From the NCBI GenBank assembly GCA_977030845.1, contig OZ365109.1, positions 59,830,001 through 59,894,000 on the forward strand: a stretch of DNA of 64,000 nt, in the 5' to 3' direction. The position numbers and the translations under genes are program-made. Under the pieces are notes generated by a model. It did no database searches and was not told where the DNA came from. It was given only the letters and a program-made list of their open reading frames with translations. Source of the DNA: Fimbriosthenelais zetlandica (Eukaryota). Of this stretch, positions 52,601 through 64,000 are shown piece by piece; positions within the stretch are counted from its first letter, which is position 1; each line of letters begins with the position of its first letter.

Positions 52601-55600
52601 GATACTGACAAATCGTCCCCACTCATCCACAACAATCCACCTCTGCTGAGGATTTTCAGAAAATTAATTTCACCTCGCAAAAAACAAAAAAATGTAAAAA
52701 AAAAAATCTCGCAGGTCCAGTTCCCCATGATCAATGAGGCTGGGTCTAAGAGGAGGTATAAATTGTGGCCCCTCAGGCTGTCAGAATCCCCCAAAGTCTC
52801 ATATGAATGAAATAGCGGCCAATCCCTGCTCCTGGCGCAGGCGTGGAAGATTTGTATTAGGACACATATTTATGTGTAGGGATGAGGGTCCCTGTGAAGG
52901 CCTGTGAGAGCATGTGGGTCGGTAGAAACAGGTGTAGGTGCCAGATAAGGCTGCTGGTCTGCCTTGCTGGTCTGCCTCTGCATTGTACCCTCTCATATGG
53001 AGCCTTGCAACTATCCACTTGCCGATGAAGCCATCTCCTCTCCTTTTTCCCCATGTGGTCAACCCCAGCCACACATGCAGCCAAATATATCCTCCCTCCC
53101 TTTCCTATATACATCTCCACACACATCCACTGCATTAATCCTTCAAATCCGCCACCAAACGCCCTTTAACGGAAACCTTGTCGGTCACATGACCTGCGCA
53201 GAACCAATTAGATTTGGGGAGAGATGTGAAACTACCAATAATGCTGTCTGCGGGGTGATGTAGCTCCCAGCATTCCTTGTGGGCTAGGGCCACCATAAAA
53301 TGCCCATCAGTGCCAAGCCAACCCTGGGTATGCTTCCGAGGGGCCATTTTGCCCCCGGCCACTACTGGAGGAGAGCAATTGCATCTTGTACCTTGGACGT
53401 CTTTCTGTGACAAAAAGGTCTATATGGCAAGGCAATACGGCTCAGCTGGTATCTGCTCTGACATTTATACTTCCTTTTATATAGTGGTCTATCACCAGGA
53501 AAATTCCAGGTAAAATGTGAACCGTGACTCACTGATTGGGCTGACAAGAATAGTTTTGTAGAACTGATATAAATGACCAGATTTTAGTCTGTATTTATTA
53601 CCCCTGTAAATGTTAGACGATTTATATAAATTACAATGTGTAATTTAGTTCATGTTATTCGAATAAAGAGATATTTGGTGTGGATCGTTTTGTGGCCTTC
53701 TTTTTGTGGTGTGTGGGGCGGTGGGGATGGCGGGGGATCTTTTAAGTGATTACAATTTAAATTGATTTCTCTGGGTTTCCCAATTCAGTTAACACTGCCT
53801 ACTAAGTGTCACACGCCCAGGCTGGTCATATCTAAGGATGAACTCCTGTCATATATATCACCCACTTGAGTCTCATGCATGCCTGAACTAGCAACACTGT
53901 ATAATCTAGGATCCATGCTGACAATTTCAGTTTGACTATGTCAGAAAGCAGTGGGTGGAGAGAGATGAGTTGAGTGTGGCGTATTAGGACTCCATTATGG
54001 AGATGACCGAGCAAGAGATGGATGTATTGTAGGGGACAAGGAGCAGGACCTAATCCTGGCAGGCTGCCGCCAAGCATCCCAGTCGGGGATCCCCCCTTGA
54101 AAAGGAGATTCCCTCTCCAAGGATGCTAAGCCCACCTTTTCATCGGGTATGCGCATAGGCGGTGACAGCGCCCTGCCGCTTGGTCCTTCGTAATTTAGGT
54201 CGAGGTGGGATGCGCAACCGCAGCTGCATGTATAACGAAGCCACAGCCGAGGTTTTTCAGCAGAGGCCGTCTCTGTCTCTGCCAAATGTTACCACCTCAC
54301 CACCTGTGTAACACCCGCAGGTTTTAGATCATATACATAAAGCCTACATACATCAGTAGAAGGCTGGACAAGCCTGCCAAACAATGACCTTCTGTATAAT
54401 AGGCCTCCATATGCACACCTGCATGGCATTGTTCTTGTGAGGGAAAGGGCATCAAAAGTTCCTTTGTCACAGTTAGAATAGGACCGGGGCTAAGTGACAG
54501 TATGTTCTGATGTGAATGAATGCATTGCAAATGTCTGTACTGTATGCATCAATAGTTCTTCTTGTTTGTTCCTTTCCTGATTGTAATGACTGCTGGGACA
54601 TCAGGTACCTCAAGTACCAATTGGCCAAAAACTAGGTTCGAAATTATGAATCCATAAATCTACATTTAACCAGGCCTCTCTGAATCGGGACCGCTTTCTT
54701 GTCTTTGAGAATATGTTCTGCCTCGTGTGTATTTACTCGTCTATTGAAGCATGTCGATCACTGATCATATTTTCACCATTAGGGATTGCCCCCTTCCATT
54801 TTCAACCTGCTGGAGCTTGAAAGGGACAGAAGATATTGGCCACAGTGAGAAAGCATGTAAAAGGCATGCTCCCACTCCCCCCTCTCTCCTTCCTTGATGT
54901 CCAACCTTGCTTGTGGCTTCCCTTATCCCCAATTGATAACTCCACTTAAAGTCCCATACATAAACGTACCTCACAGCCAATTGCTAGTCCATCACCCTGG
55001 CTTTCAGCATTGGTGAGGGAAGAAGGGTGATCTGGGTGAAGGAATCCTTCTCTTATAGTGGGCTGAGAGGGGGCTGATCAATCTCTCATTATACAATGAG
55101 GGATGGCCTCATCCCACTCCTCATCCAGCCCCCCATACCAGAGCCCACAGCTAATCACTTCTAATATAGAAGCTGCTCTGACATCTCAAAGCCCATTTCT
55201 TAGAGATTAGTCCCCGTGCAGTGTGCAGCCCGAACTGGGCGCCTTGTGGCAACCCCCCAACCATCAGCTGGTGTGATAACATCTTACATTAGAATGCCAG
55301 GTGATCGAAGTTTTGAACGATGAGATTTGGATGATTCATCAGAAATGGTAATTTCAAAAACCTATTTGCCATGGACAATCAAATATAATGTCTTTTAGTT
55401 TAGAAATCAGTTGAGGTTAACGTTGTACTAGATATTTCTACCATCATGACGCTATAATATACATTATAGGTAATTGCAGTATAGTATAACCTCTTTTATT
55501 CGATCGGTATCAGACAAAGTAGGCCTGTATCATTTACTATCACTTTGTTTCATCTAAATGATTTGTGAATTGGAGAGTTGCAATATGGCTTTGCCCTCAA

Positions 55601-57056
55601 TTTTGAAATCATGGATGCACTAAGCAACATCCAAAATTTGGTTGAAAGAATCCTTTATGATATTATTCCCAAGTCTCCATTGTTGAACTTCTACGAGAGA
55701 TCATCAATTGGATTTATCTGAGCCGACAATGCCTGGGGGCAAAGCCTAACAACCTTTAATCAAGACGGTTAGGTTTCTGTCATCAGGAAATAGATACTTT
55801 GTGGTCAGAATGCCATTATCTTGCTGAAAACGTCGTTAACATTATGGACTTTGTTAATTAGGCAGATTGGTTCAAAAGCCATGCAAACACTCGTGTAACT
55901 TGAGACAGGTAAGGGTCAGTGATTCACACACGGTAATGTGCTTCGGAGTAATGTCACTACTAGTTTGAGATGCATTTGGGTGGGAGAGGAACAGAGAGAG
56001 AAAGAAAGGACATGAGGGATGTTTGGGTAAAATGGTCTTGGCCTCTTAATGTAGAGTTCCATTTGTAACATGACCTCTAGATGCTGCTTTTTGGCAGGCG
56101 GGACACTTAGCCGCAGGGGGCCAAAGATCTGCCCATTTGGCCAACACTAGGGTTTATTACTCATTCCAACTCTTGTCCTATGTGATATACCAACAAATGA
56201 AGCCAATTAATCTGCTCAACTGTGTGAGAAGTGGACTTGGCCCGAGAAAGCTTTGAACCATTTATCACTGATTCCAAGTCAAAGAGGCGAGGCATTGCGC
56301 ATGATGCATTGTTCCTTCAGAGGTTCTCTTTAACCAAAGGGGTACCTTTTCCCCCTCCGTCTGAGAGCTGGAGACACAGGGCTCGCCTTCTAAGCTTTGC
56401 TCTTGCTTCTCAGTGCATGAGCAACTCGCTTGGTCCGGGCGCCATCTTTCCTCCATTGCATGTACCTCTGGATGATCTGGCTCTTTGAGTCTTCGGGTTC
56501 GCTGGAAGGAAGCTCCAGTTGACTCCAGCCACATACGTTCCCTTGCCGAGGACCCACAACCTAATTGGTCAAATTACGAAATGTCCTTGAGAATATTCAT
56601 GTAACTATAAATCTTAGAGTTCAACATCACATACTCTAGTTGAGACAAAACAAATTGACCTTTATGAAACATATAACTTGCAGTCCAAATTTGGATTATC
56701 TATATGATTCATAAAATATAATGCTAAAGTATCCCGAATAGCTGTAAAACAATATTTTTACTATTTTCTTTATAAACTATAAATTAAAGTTTGAATAATT
56801 CTTAGATAACTTGAGATCATATTGAGTTTTCTCCTATCATAGCAAATTGTAAATTTATTCGTCCCATGAGGACACATGAATGCCAATAATTAGTTTCATT
56901 AATTTATTTTGTGAATAATATTTTTATAATTCTATGAATAAAATAAATTTTCCAACAACTCTGAGATATCACAAACTTGACTTTAAGACTTTCCAAATGA
57001 ATATATTGGTGTAACATTTGTTTTTGTACAACGTCACTTCTTTCTTTCGTTTCCAG

Positions 57057-57209
57057 TTCCTGCGCAAATCATCGACGAACTTTCGAGCGATGACGTCACG
57101 GTCCAAGAAGGGGACACCATTATCCTCATATGTAATGTTACGGGAGTGCCGCGGCCTGACGTCACCTGGTACCGCCGTCCAGCCATGGCCAAAGCCACCG
57201 AAAAAGAAA
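57057..57209 (+). CDS. Same gene, exon encoding N-terminal half of Ig2 (PAQIIDELSSDDVTVQEGDTIILICNVTGVPRPDVTWYRRPAMAKATEKE)
   Basis: Polypyrimidine tract plus CAG acceptor and A|gtaaga donor; 153 nt, phase 1-1. Motifs V-x-EG-x-T-x-x-L-x-C and G-x-P-x-P-x-V-x-W are typical of Lachesin Ig2. Not called in this frame by the ORF track. Confidence 0.93.
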
Positions 57210-58353
57210 GTAAGATGTGCAAACGCATGATGAGGTTTGGGCCAGGTAAAATATAATGTCGTACCCAGTTTCTCACTCCACAAAAACACTATAAGCGATC
57301 AAAAAAAACTGAATTATTCTCCTGACCTTTATTTTGCATACAGACAATATACGCTGCTTTAGAATTATATTCGCATTTTAAATACTCACATGTACTAATT
57401 AATATGTTATTAACATTGAAATTATTTGGTGAATGAACCCAAAGTTTTTTCATATTTCTAATTTCGGAGAAGCCTGTCAAGGTTTCCTCAAAATGGATTT
57501 TACTTGGTCCAAATTACGTGTAATTTTGAACGGATGCGTTTCATAGGCAAGACTGTTTTAATTTCGAACTGCCTCATTCAAAATAGCGACCATGTGAAGG
57601 TACTTCATATTTCGACATAATTGTAATAAAAACTATAGTTAAAATGAGAGTTGATTTTTTTTCAGGTTAAATCAGTCTTTCCTCTCTCCCTCCCCCGACT
57701 ACGTTACCTGGCCCAAATAATCTCCATTAAAATTGTTGTAGCATCAAAAGCTTGAGCAACATTTCTGTGATAATTACAACTTAAATACTTTACATTGCAT
57801 CTGTTTACTAATCAAGCACATGCACTCTGAACAATGTGTCATTGTGAACATCAATATATTAATTATTTCACTGCTTCTAGTTAATTGCCAACTTCTTTTT
57901 TAAATTGAAAGTAGTAATATTATGGATTGTTGGTACAATAATTACTTGTATTGTTTTCAATAATAATGGTCTGTAAACTTTCTCCAGAAAAAAATCTGAC
58001 GGATATAATGAAGATTGTTTTAAGTATAGAGAAAGTACCCCCACCTTTGTTTCATAACAATTAAGGTTGCACTAATGTAGCTCATCATTCTCCTGAAACG
58101 GCTTCTGCTTACTCAGGGGGTGGGGGCTACTCAAACAGGAGCCCATCCACAGGGTATAGATCTGCGCGGGACTGAACCCAATCTGCACAATTCAAGACAA
58201 TCCTCTTCATATGTACCTATAATATAGTTTGGTTCAAGCTTACAATTATTGTTCCAGCATCTCACAGATGTACTGTATGCTTTTGTAATCGAGGCAATTA
58301 TGATGTTAATGTACCGATTAAATCTTACCATTACATTTGTTCACCTGTTGCAG

Positions 58354-58482
58354 GGATAGGTCTGAAAGGCGAGATGATTATTATTCAGAATGTATCTCGT
58401 TACTGTGACGATATCTACGAATGTGTGGCGGACAATGGTGTTCCGCCCGCAGTCAGCAGACAGATGAGAGTAACTGTAGAAT
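58354..58482 (+). CDS. Same gene, exon encoding C-terminal half of Ig2 (IGLKGEMIIIQNVSRYCDDIYECVADNGVPPAVSRQMRVTVE)
   Basis: Acceptor ttcacctgttgcag and donor T|gtaagt; 129 nt, phase 1-1. The Y-x-C-x-A-x-NGVPPAVS motif is characteristic of the Lachesin/DIP/IgLON group. Confidence 0.93.
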
Positions 58483-61400
58483 GTAAGTAAACTAACATTT
58501 GCTACTTTCATCAATCCGAGGTCCAAATTGTCCTCTTATATCAATGCATAAAAAATATATCATGATGGGTTTATTCCACAAGATGTGTGACTGCCATAGC
58601 CATAATGCCATAGCAACTGTATAATAGTAATCTCAATATCACTGACTCATTGATGCAACAATGCAACCGCAGCTGATTCCATAATACTATGGTACCATAT
58701 AGCTCCTATACGGGCATATTATGATGCCATAAGCCATAAATGGCTATATAATCTGTGATATGCCCTATATGAATGAATGGCATTTGATAAAACTGTATCA
58801 AAAGAAAGGTATTTGGGAATGTTTAACGGGTAGCAATATGTCTATCACAATCTGTTGTCATTGACTTGCAATACTAGCCATATTTTCATCTCAGACTTAC
58901 CACACATCAAAGTGCAACTCCAACAGGCAGTACTACCATTCAGAAAAGAAACGCTTTTTTCCTAAAACCTCTTTTCCCTTGAGCCTCAGTTCATGTAAAA
59001 AGGCCACCCACACCTACTCGTGCCTTTAGCTCTGTAATGCTCCTAATTGAATTTCTTAATGAGCGGGATTAAATAGAACTGGAACACACTTTTCAGTAAT
59101 CATTGTGGCAAGAGTAAGGGATCGCTTTCAATTCGGCAAAATCTTACTTTCATTTCAAATATGTAAGCAAGCACAATCCTGCCCAGAGATGGGCAACTAA
59201 TGAGTTTTCATTCCCTCTGGGCAAACTGAAAGGGAACCTTTTACTATGTCAATGCAATAATATTTTCCCAATGGGAACCATTGCCTCACTCATTAACAAT
59301 TATATGTGACCTCAGTCCCCATTCACGACTGGCTTTTGATTGCTCCCACACGTGCATAAAACACCAAACTTTACCTCCTTGCCGGCACTTTCTCCTTGGA
59401 AAAACCTCTTGGAATAAAAGCATTTCTCTGTACTTTGCCTCCTAAACGCTATTTACTATACCAATGATAGAAGCATAACAAACTTGTGAAGCCATATAAA
59501 TGGCTTCATTGGTTAGTCCATGCCACTGTGTTATATTTTTTACCCAGGTTGGGGCAGGAGGTCCTTTTTTTTGCTCACAAAAGAATGTCCCTTCACTGGT
59601 TGGCGTTTGTCTGTGTGTCTGGACGGGTGGTGGGGTCCTGACTGTGGTGAGACCTTTTCTGCTTATCACTGTGTCCACTGCCCTGGACAAGAGGGGGGAG
59701 GTCATCGCTGGGGAAATCATCAGAAAACCTGCATTCATTTTTCAGAGCTGTACCCAGGGAGGGGGACAATGGTATTGGAGGCGCGAGATGAGCAAGGCTC
59801 TTTTGTCCTCCTATAATAAGTCTTTGTATACTTTGGTTCTGAAAGGTTAATTCTTTACTTAAAGAAGGGACAGAACATACATAGTAAATCTGTGGGTTCC
59901 TTCATTCTGCTCTATAGAGACACCAAAACTACAGTGGACATGAAATTAAGATTGTTTATTGGTATAGAAACACTTAGCGATATTGGAGATTTTGATTCTT
60001 TCAAAGGACCATGCACATTATATCGCTATTCCAAGCTGTTTATCTCCACAGCCCTTGCGAACAGCAGAAAAAAATATCTGCGGTAGGGACTAGATTTCTG
60101 CCAAAGGTCATAGAGCCCTATGATAGCAATGCATGGGGCAATAATCTCGCCATATGGTATATTGATTCTATTTATCATTTATCCCACCATTGGCACGATG
60201 GATCCCCTTTCCCTTTGGGTCTAGATGGCCCACACAAGTGCCCCTATTGGATGGGGGGAGGGAAACAGGCAGTGAACAATAAGCCATGATATATGCTGCT
60301 GATCATGGCCAACCTAAGACGTTTATATGTAAGGCCCGAAGCACAAAGTGAATGCCTTTGCCCAACAGGAGGCAACCAAATGAGACGGGATGTATTCAGA
60401 CAAGGTCCTGGCAAATGATAAAGCGCGGCCCGTGGACGTGATGGAATGTCCATCAAGGAAAACAACAGACAACATTAAAGGCCAAGATTCCAGCCAGTCA
60501 CCGCGTGCTGTAATCATTTGGTAGCAGGCCGTCGACAGTTAAGGTCTCTGAGATCCGTCCACAAAGTATACTCTTTTCCCTTTTTGCCACCAGGATCTTG
60601 CTCTTAAAAAGGCCACTGCTTTGTAATGCTGAGTTACCTTTACTTCAACTGCAATTGAAAAAGTAATAATCACAAAGTTCCCCCTTTACAACTGATGCTA
60701 AAGGATGTGATGTTCTGATGCAAGGGGCGATGGATATTTGTCGTTACTTCATCCGAAAAAGGTGCACGTGGCATCATTTTGATCATGCTCTCACATTTCT
60801 TTTGATCTTCTAGGAGAAATGTAACTTGTTTGGTTCTCTTTACCACTTCTGTAATGTGCTACTCCTTTTCATTAGTTTAAAACTTCTCCATCGTGTGAAT
60901 GGGCCTGGTCTTTTCACGGCATTATGAGCAGTAAGAGATGGCAACAAAAATGAACATCTTCCAAAAAGTTAACCAGAACAGACTCAGCTTGCCAAACACC
61001 TGGTGCTTTTTGATTGAATGCACTGGAGAATTTATCACTTTTTCCTTAATGAACAGATCTTTTTTCAAAGCGCGGGAGACGGGCTGCTTGATTTTTTACT
61101 CGCTTTTTAACGACATAGCTAGGTACTGGGCATTGGACAAAATCAAACTGGTTTTGATAATATTATTGAACTGAAATTTCATAGTGCCTTATTTATATGA
61201 TCCAAAGAGAATATTCCTAATGTTATTATATGTGTTGGACATGGAAACCTTTCCTTTAACTACTCGCCGTAAAATTTGCAAAAAATCAAAAGATGATCTT
61301 TATAGTGCGAACTACTTAATTCGCGGAATTTGCTAAAGAAAAATATGAAATATAAGGAAATAAAATGTTAGAGGTATTAAGATGTTTCACGGTAATTTGG

Positions 61401-62843
61401 CTCTGTAGCTGTTTTTGTTGAGAACATAATTTATTGGGAAGCCATTGAATCAATTTCATGAAAAAAACATTCTATGGAAATGAGTAGGAAACCATTGCTA
61501 TGCCTACAGTACAAATGCTGGTCGTGGAGGACTGATATAGCCTGTTGCTATGGCTTAGTGTGAAAGGCAATGGTCCGAGTCGATGGTCGGCCATTAATTT
61601 TGAGCCAGGATTGAGTAATTTGGAGATGGTCCCTGGTATTGGTGATTGCTTGCGGGCGAGTCAGGCAGGCCTTTGCTTAATCAACCCCTTTCTGCCAACC
61701 GCCGAGCAGCTCCACTGAAAAGCCTTGTCTGTCATAGGGTCAGGTTTGCTCCCCTGAGTCCCTCTTAAACTGCTCAATTTGCTCGCTGTTTATTCCCCAC
61801 TCACATCAAGAAAATGCAAACACGAGCGCAGCAATGGCCTTTTCTCCATACGTGCACATGAGCACGGCTGTAATTCTCCCAAGCGCTTAGCTGACAATTG
61901 CCTCAGTTGCTTAATCTAATTTGGGCCTTCAGCAAGAAAAATGCCTGCCGGGTGGTATGATATAAAGGCAGGGTAGCGAGGTGACCCTCCTTTACATTGC
62001 CATAGGCTGGTTGTATTGGATTAGATTTGCTGCCAGCTCTTTGTGGGGATTAATTCGGAAAGGTATGTCTCATATGCGCTGCATTTCTTCCCAATTCATT
62101 ATATATACCCAAGGCGCAGAAAATAACGAGTGTCAAACAGTGTTCTTCTATAGAAATTGGCTTGGTACAGTTGCATGAATGATTGAATGTGGAGAGGGAT
62201 TGCAAACACACCCCCACACGCAGACATCGCAAAATCAGTGGCAGAGTGTGTGTGTGTGGATGACAGCCGTGAGAATGTTTGGAGCACTCGCCAGACCTAA
62301 GACACTAGTCAGCCATTTGTGGAAATTCCCTCCCAGTTGGGCCACTTGGTAAAGAAACACTGAAATCTCTAATGCGCTGTCTAGGATTTGATCGTTTGAC
62401 ATTTCCAATTTTTGCTCAGGGAATTGGGATGCTTCAAATATATAGATTAAGCGATGGCATTATGGAATCTAAAACGCTCTTCTCTGTCCCGAATCTTTTC
62501 AATAATTGGGATTGTCCCAATAGAGATTCATGTATGTCTGTGTAGTCACGGCTCTTGTATAAATTTACTGATTTGCCATTTAAGACTTATTGTCAGATAC
62601 AAGGAATGTGACAATAAATGTGTATTGGCACATTTTGAATTAACTGTTTGGTTTAATGTTGAACCTATAGCTGAACAGCTGTGGTCTATTAGAACTTGAG
62701 CATCTTTTATTAACTCATAGCAAATTTTATTAACTGTTTATTTTAATTCTAATATATTATTGATGGTCTTTATAATTATGGAAATATACAATTCTTCTGA
62801 CATCAAAATAATGTATCAATGTTTTTGATTATTTTTTTTCCAG

Positions 62844-63131
62844 TTGCACCTGAAATCAGGATGCCTAATAACCGAATAGGGCAATTGAGGAATAAGGACA
62901 CAATACTAGAATGCATTATTACCGCCTTCCCACACGCAGTCAACTACTGGGAGAAGGATGGCAAGCGTATTATGAGTTCTACAAAGCACAGGATAGAAGC
63001 CTATGATGAAGGCGATCACACGATAACATTAAGTCTGAGAATACATGACATCGAGCATGAAGACTATGGCGAGTATAAATGTGTGGCAGCAAATGCCTTG
63101 GGCAGAGATGAAGAGGCTATGTGGTTGTATG
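62844..63131 (+). CDS. Same gene, exon encoding Ig3 (APEIRMPNNRIGQ...LECIITAFPHAVNYWEKDG...DYGEYKCVAANALGRDEEAMWLY)
   Basis: Acceptor attttttttccag and donor G|gtaagt; 288 nt, phase 1-1. Complete I-set domain with C...AFP...YW...D-YG-Y-C-A-N-LG as in Lachesin Ig3. Confidence 0.95.
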
Positions 63132-63282
63132 GTAAGTATTCAATCATTACTATATGGCCCTGAAGTGCACCTCCTTAAGTCTGTAAAGTGTATTCTATTC
63201 AATTAGTATTTTGCCCATAATCATTTCTCATGCATTCTAGGGGCCCTGCAACCCGGCCTCCGTTTCCTCATTTCGCGCACCG

Positions 63283-63298
63283 CCCCCCCCCCCCCCCC
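63283..63298. repeat. C16 homopolymer
   Basis: Directly visible, about 150 nt downstream of the Ig3 exon donor. Confidence 0.9.
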
Positions 63299-64000
63299 GC
63301 CCAACCCTCCTCTCTCATAAGATCATTTTCACCATTTATCCGGTATTAAGTCCAATGCCTTCTATTTGTAGCCCACCTCCTTCCTTTCTTTTAACAACTT
63401 GATCCACCCTCCCTCCGCCAACCTTTCTCATTTACAAGTTTTTTGTGTATTGCACTGTTTGCTCACCTCAGAGTGTGACATTTGTCATCCAATATGGCCC
63501 TATTTTGTTCCGGATTGAGCTTCGGGGTTGGGATGAGATGAAATTCATGCACTTTCACTGGACATAATGTGATAGAAAAGCAAAACAAGTGTCGTGAATG
63601 AATCATGGAAACAACACAGGGGAAATGTTGAACGGTTTCATGTAATTACAAACCCACATTCGGCGACGTTTTTCTTCATCACATTTTTTCCCCACAAAAT
63701 ATTGAAACGTTTAGTTTTACCCAGATCCGTTCGAAAAGTGGTTGGGGCAATGGCGAGTAATAAGCGAGAGAAGTTTAAGCCATTTAGAAAATTAGTTTCA
63801 GATGGATTTTTCCCTGTTCCTTTCAGTATTTTTAGTTTTGTTTCCCTTTTTATCCCTGTTTGTTGCCATGTTGTTTTATGGTCTTTGGTTTTCCATTTCC
63901 TCATGCATCTCCTCCCTTCTTCAACTTGCCCTTTAAATGAGCTAGGATTTAATATGTGTCAGTTATGAAGTGAGAGATATAACCTTATGCATAATTAAAT

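Larger units (their letters stand above)
1900..57056 (+). other. 55,157-bp GT-AG phase-1 intron between the Ig1 and Ig2 exons
   Basis: Donor gtaagt at 1900 and acceptor tttctttcgtttccag ending at 57056. Joining G+TT gives Val and a continuous Ig1-Ig2 frame (HVK-V-PAQII). No intervening Ig-like exon was found by eye. Confidence 0.85.

Noticed and set aside
947-63968. The many 60-150 aa ORFs in the track other than the exon-containing ones at 1668 and 62819
   Set aside because: No recognisable domains, many non-ATG starts, overlapping on both strands; consistent with chance ORFs in intronic DNA.
1-64000. CRISPR-like arrays or Dscam-style arrays of alternative Ig exons
   Set aside because: No regularly spaced repeat-spacer array and no duplicate Ig exons were seen by eye; a tBLASTn of the four exons against the intron would settle the latter.

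Overview
Animal (probably invertebrate) genomic DNA. No prokaryotic features and no CRISPR array. The window holds four + strand coding exons of one Lachesin/DIP/IgLON-type three-Ig cell-adhesion gene: 1695-1899, 57057-57209, 58354-58482 and 62844-63131. They splice in frame through GT-AG phase-1 introns into about 258 codons covering the second half of Ig1, all of Ig2 and all of Ig3. I found no signal-peptide/first-half-Ig1 exon and no C-terminal (probably GPI) exon in the window. About 86% of the window is one 55,157-bp intron (1900-57056) with no other credible protein gene; the other ORFs in the track look spurious. Best leads inside the intron: (1) a 43-nt cryptic exon at 39024-39066 with strong splice sites, an AG|GT start and an in-frame stop, which looks like a recursive-splicing or poison exon; (2) a ~0.8 kb cluster (20467-21252) of three Pol III-type tRNA-like modules resembling three different tRNA isotypes, one heading a SINE-like unit, within a compositionally distinct ~1.6 kb block; (3) small MITE-like palindromic elements. 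All hunting results are hypotheses from reading by eye; no searches or computations were run.
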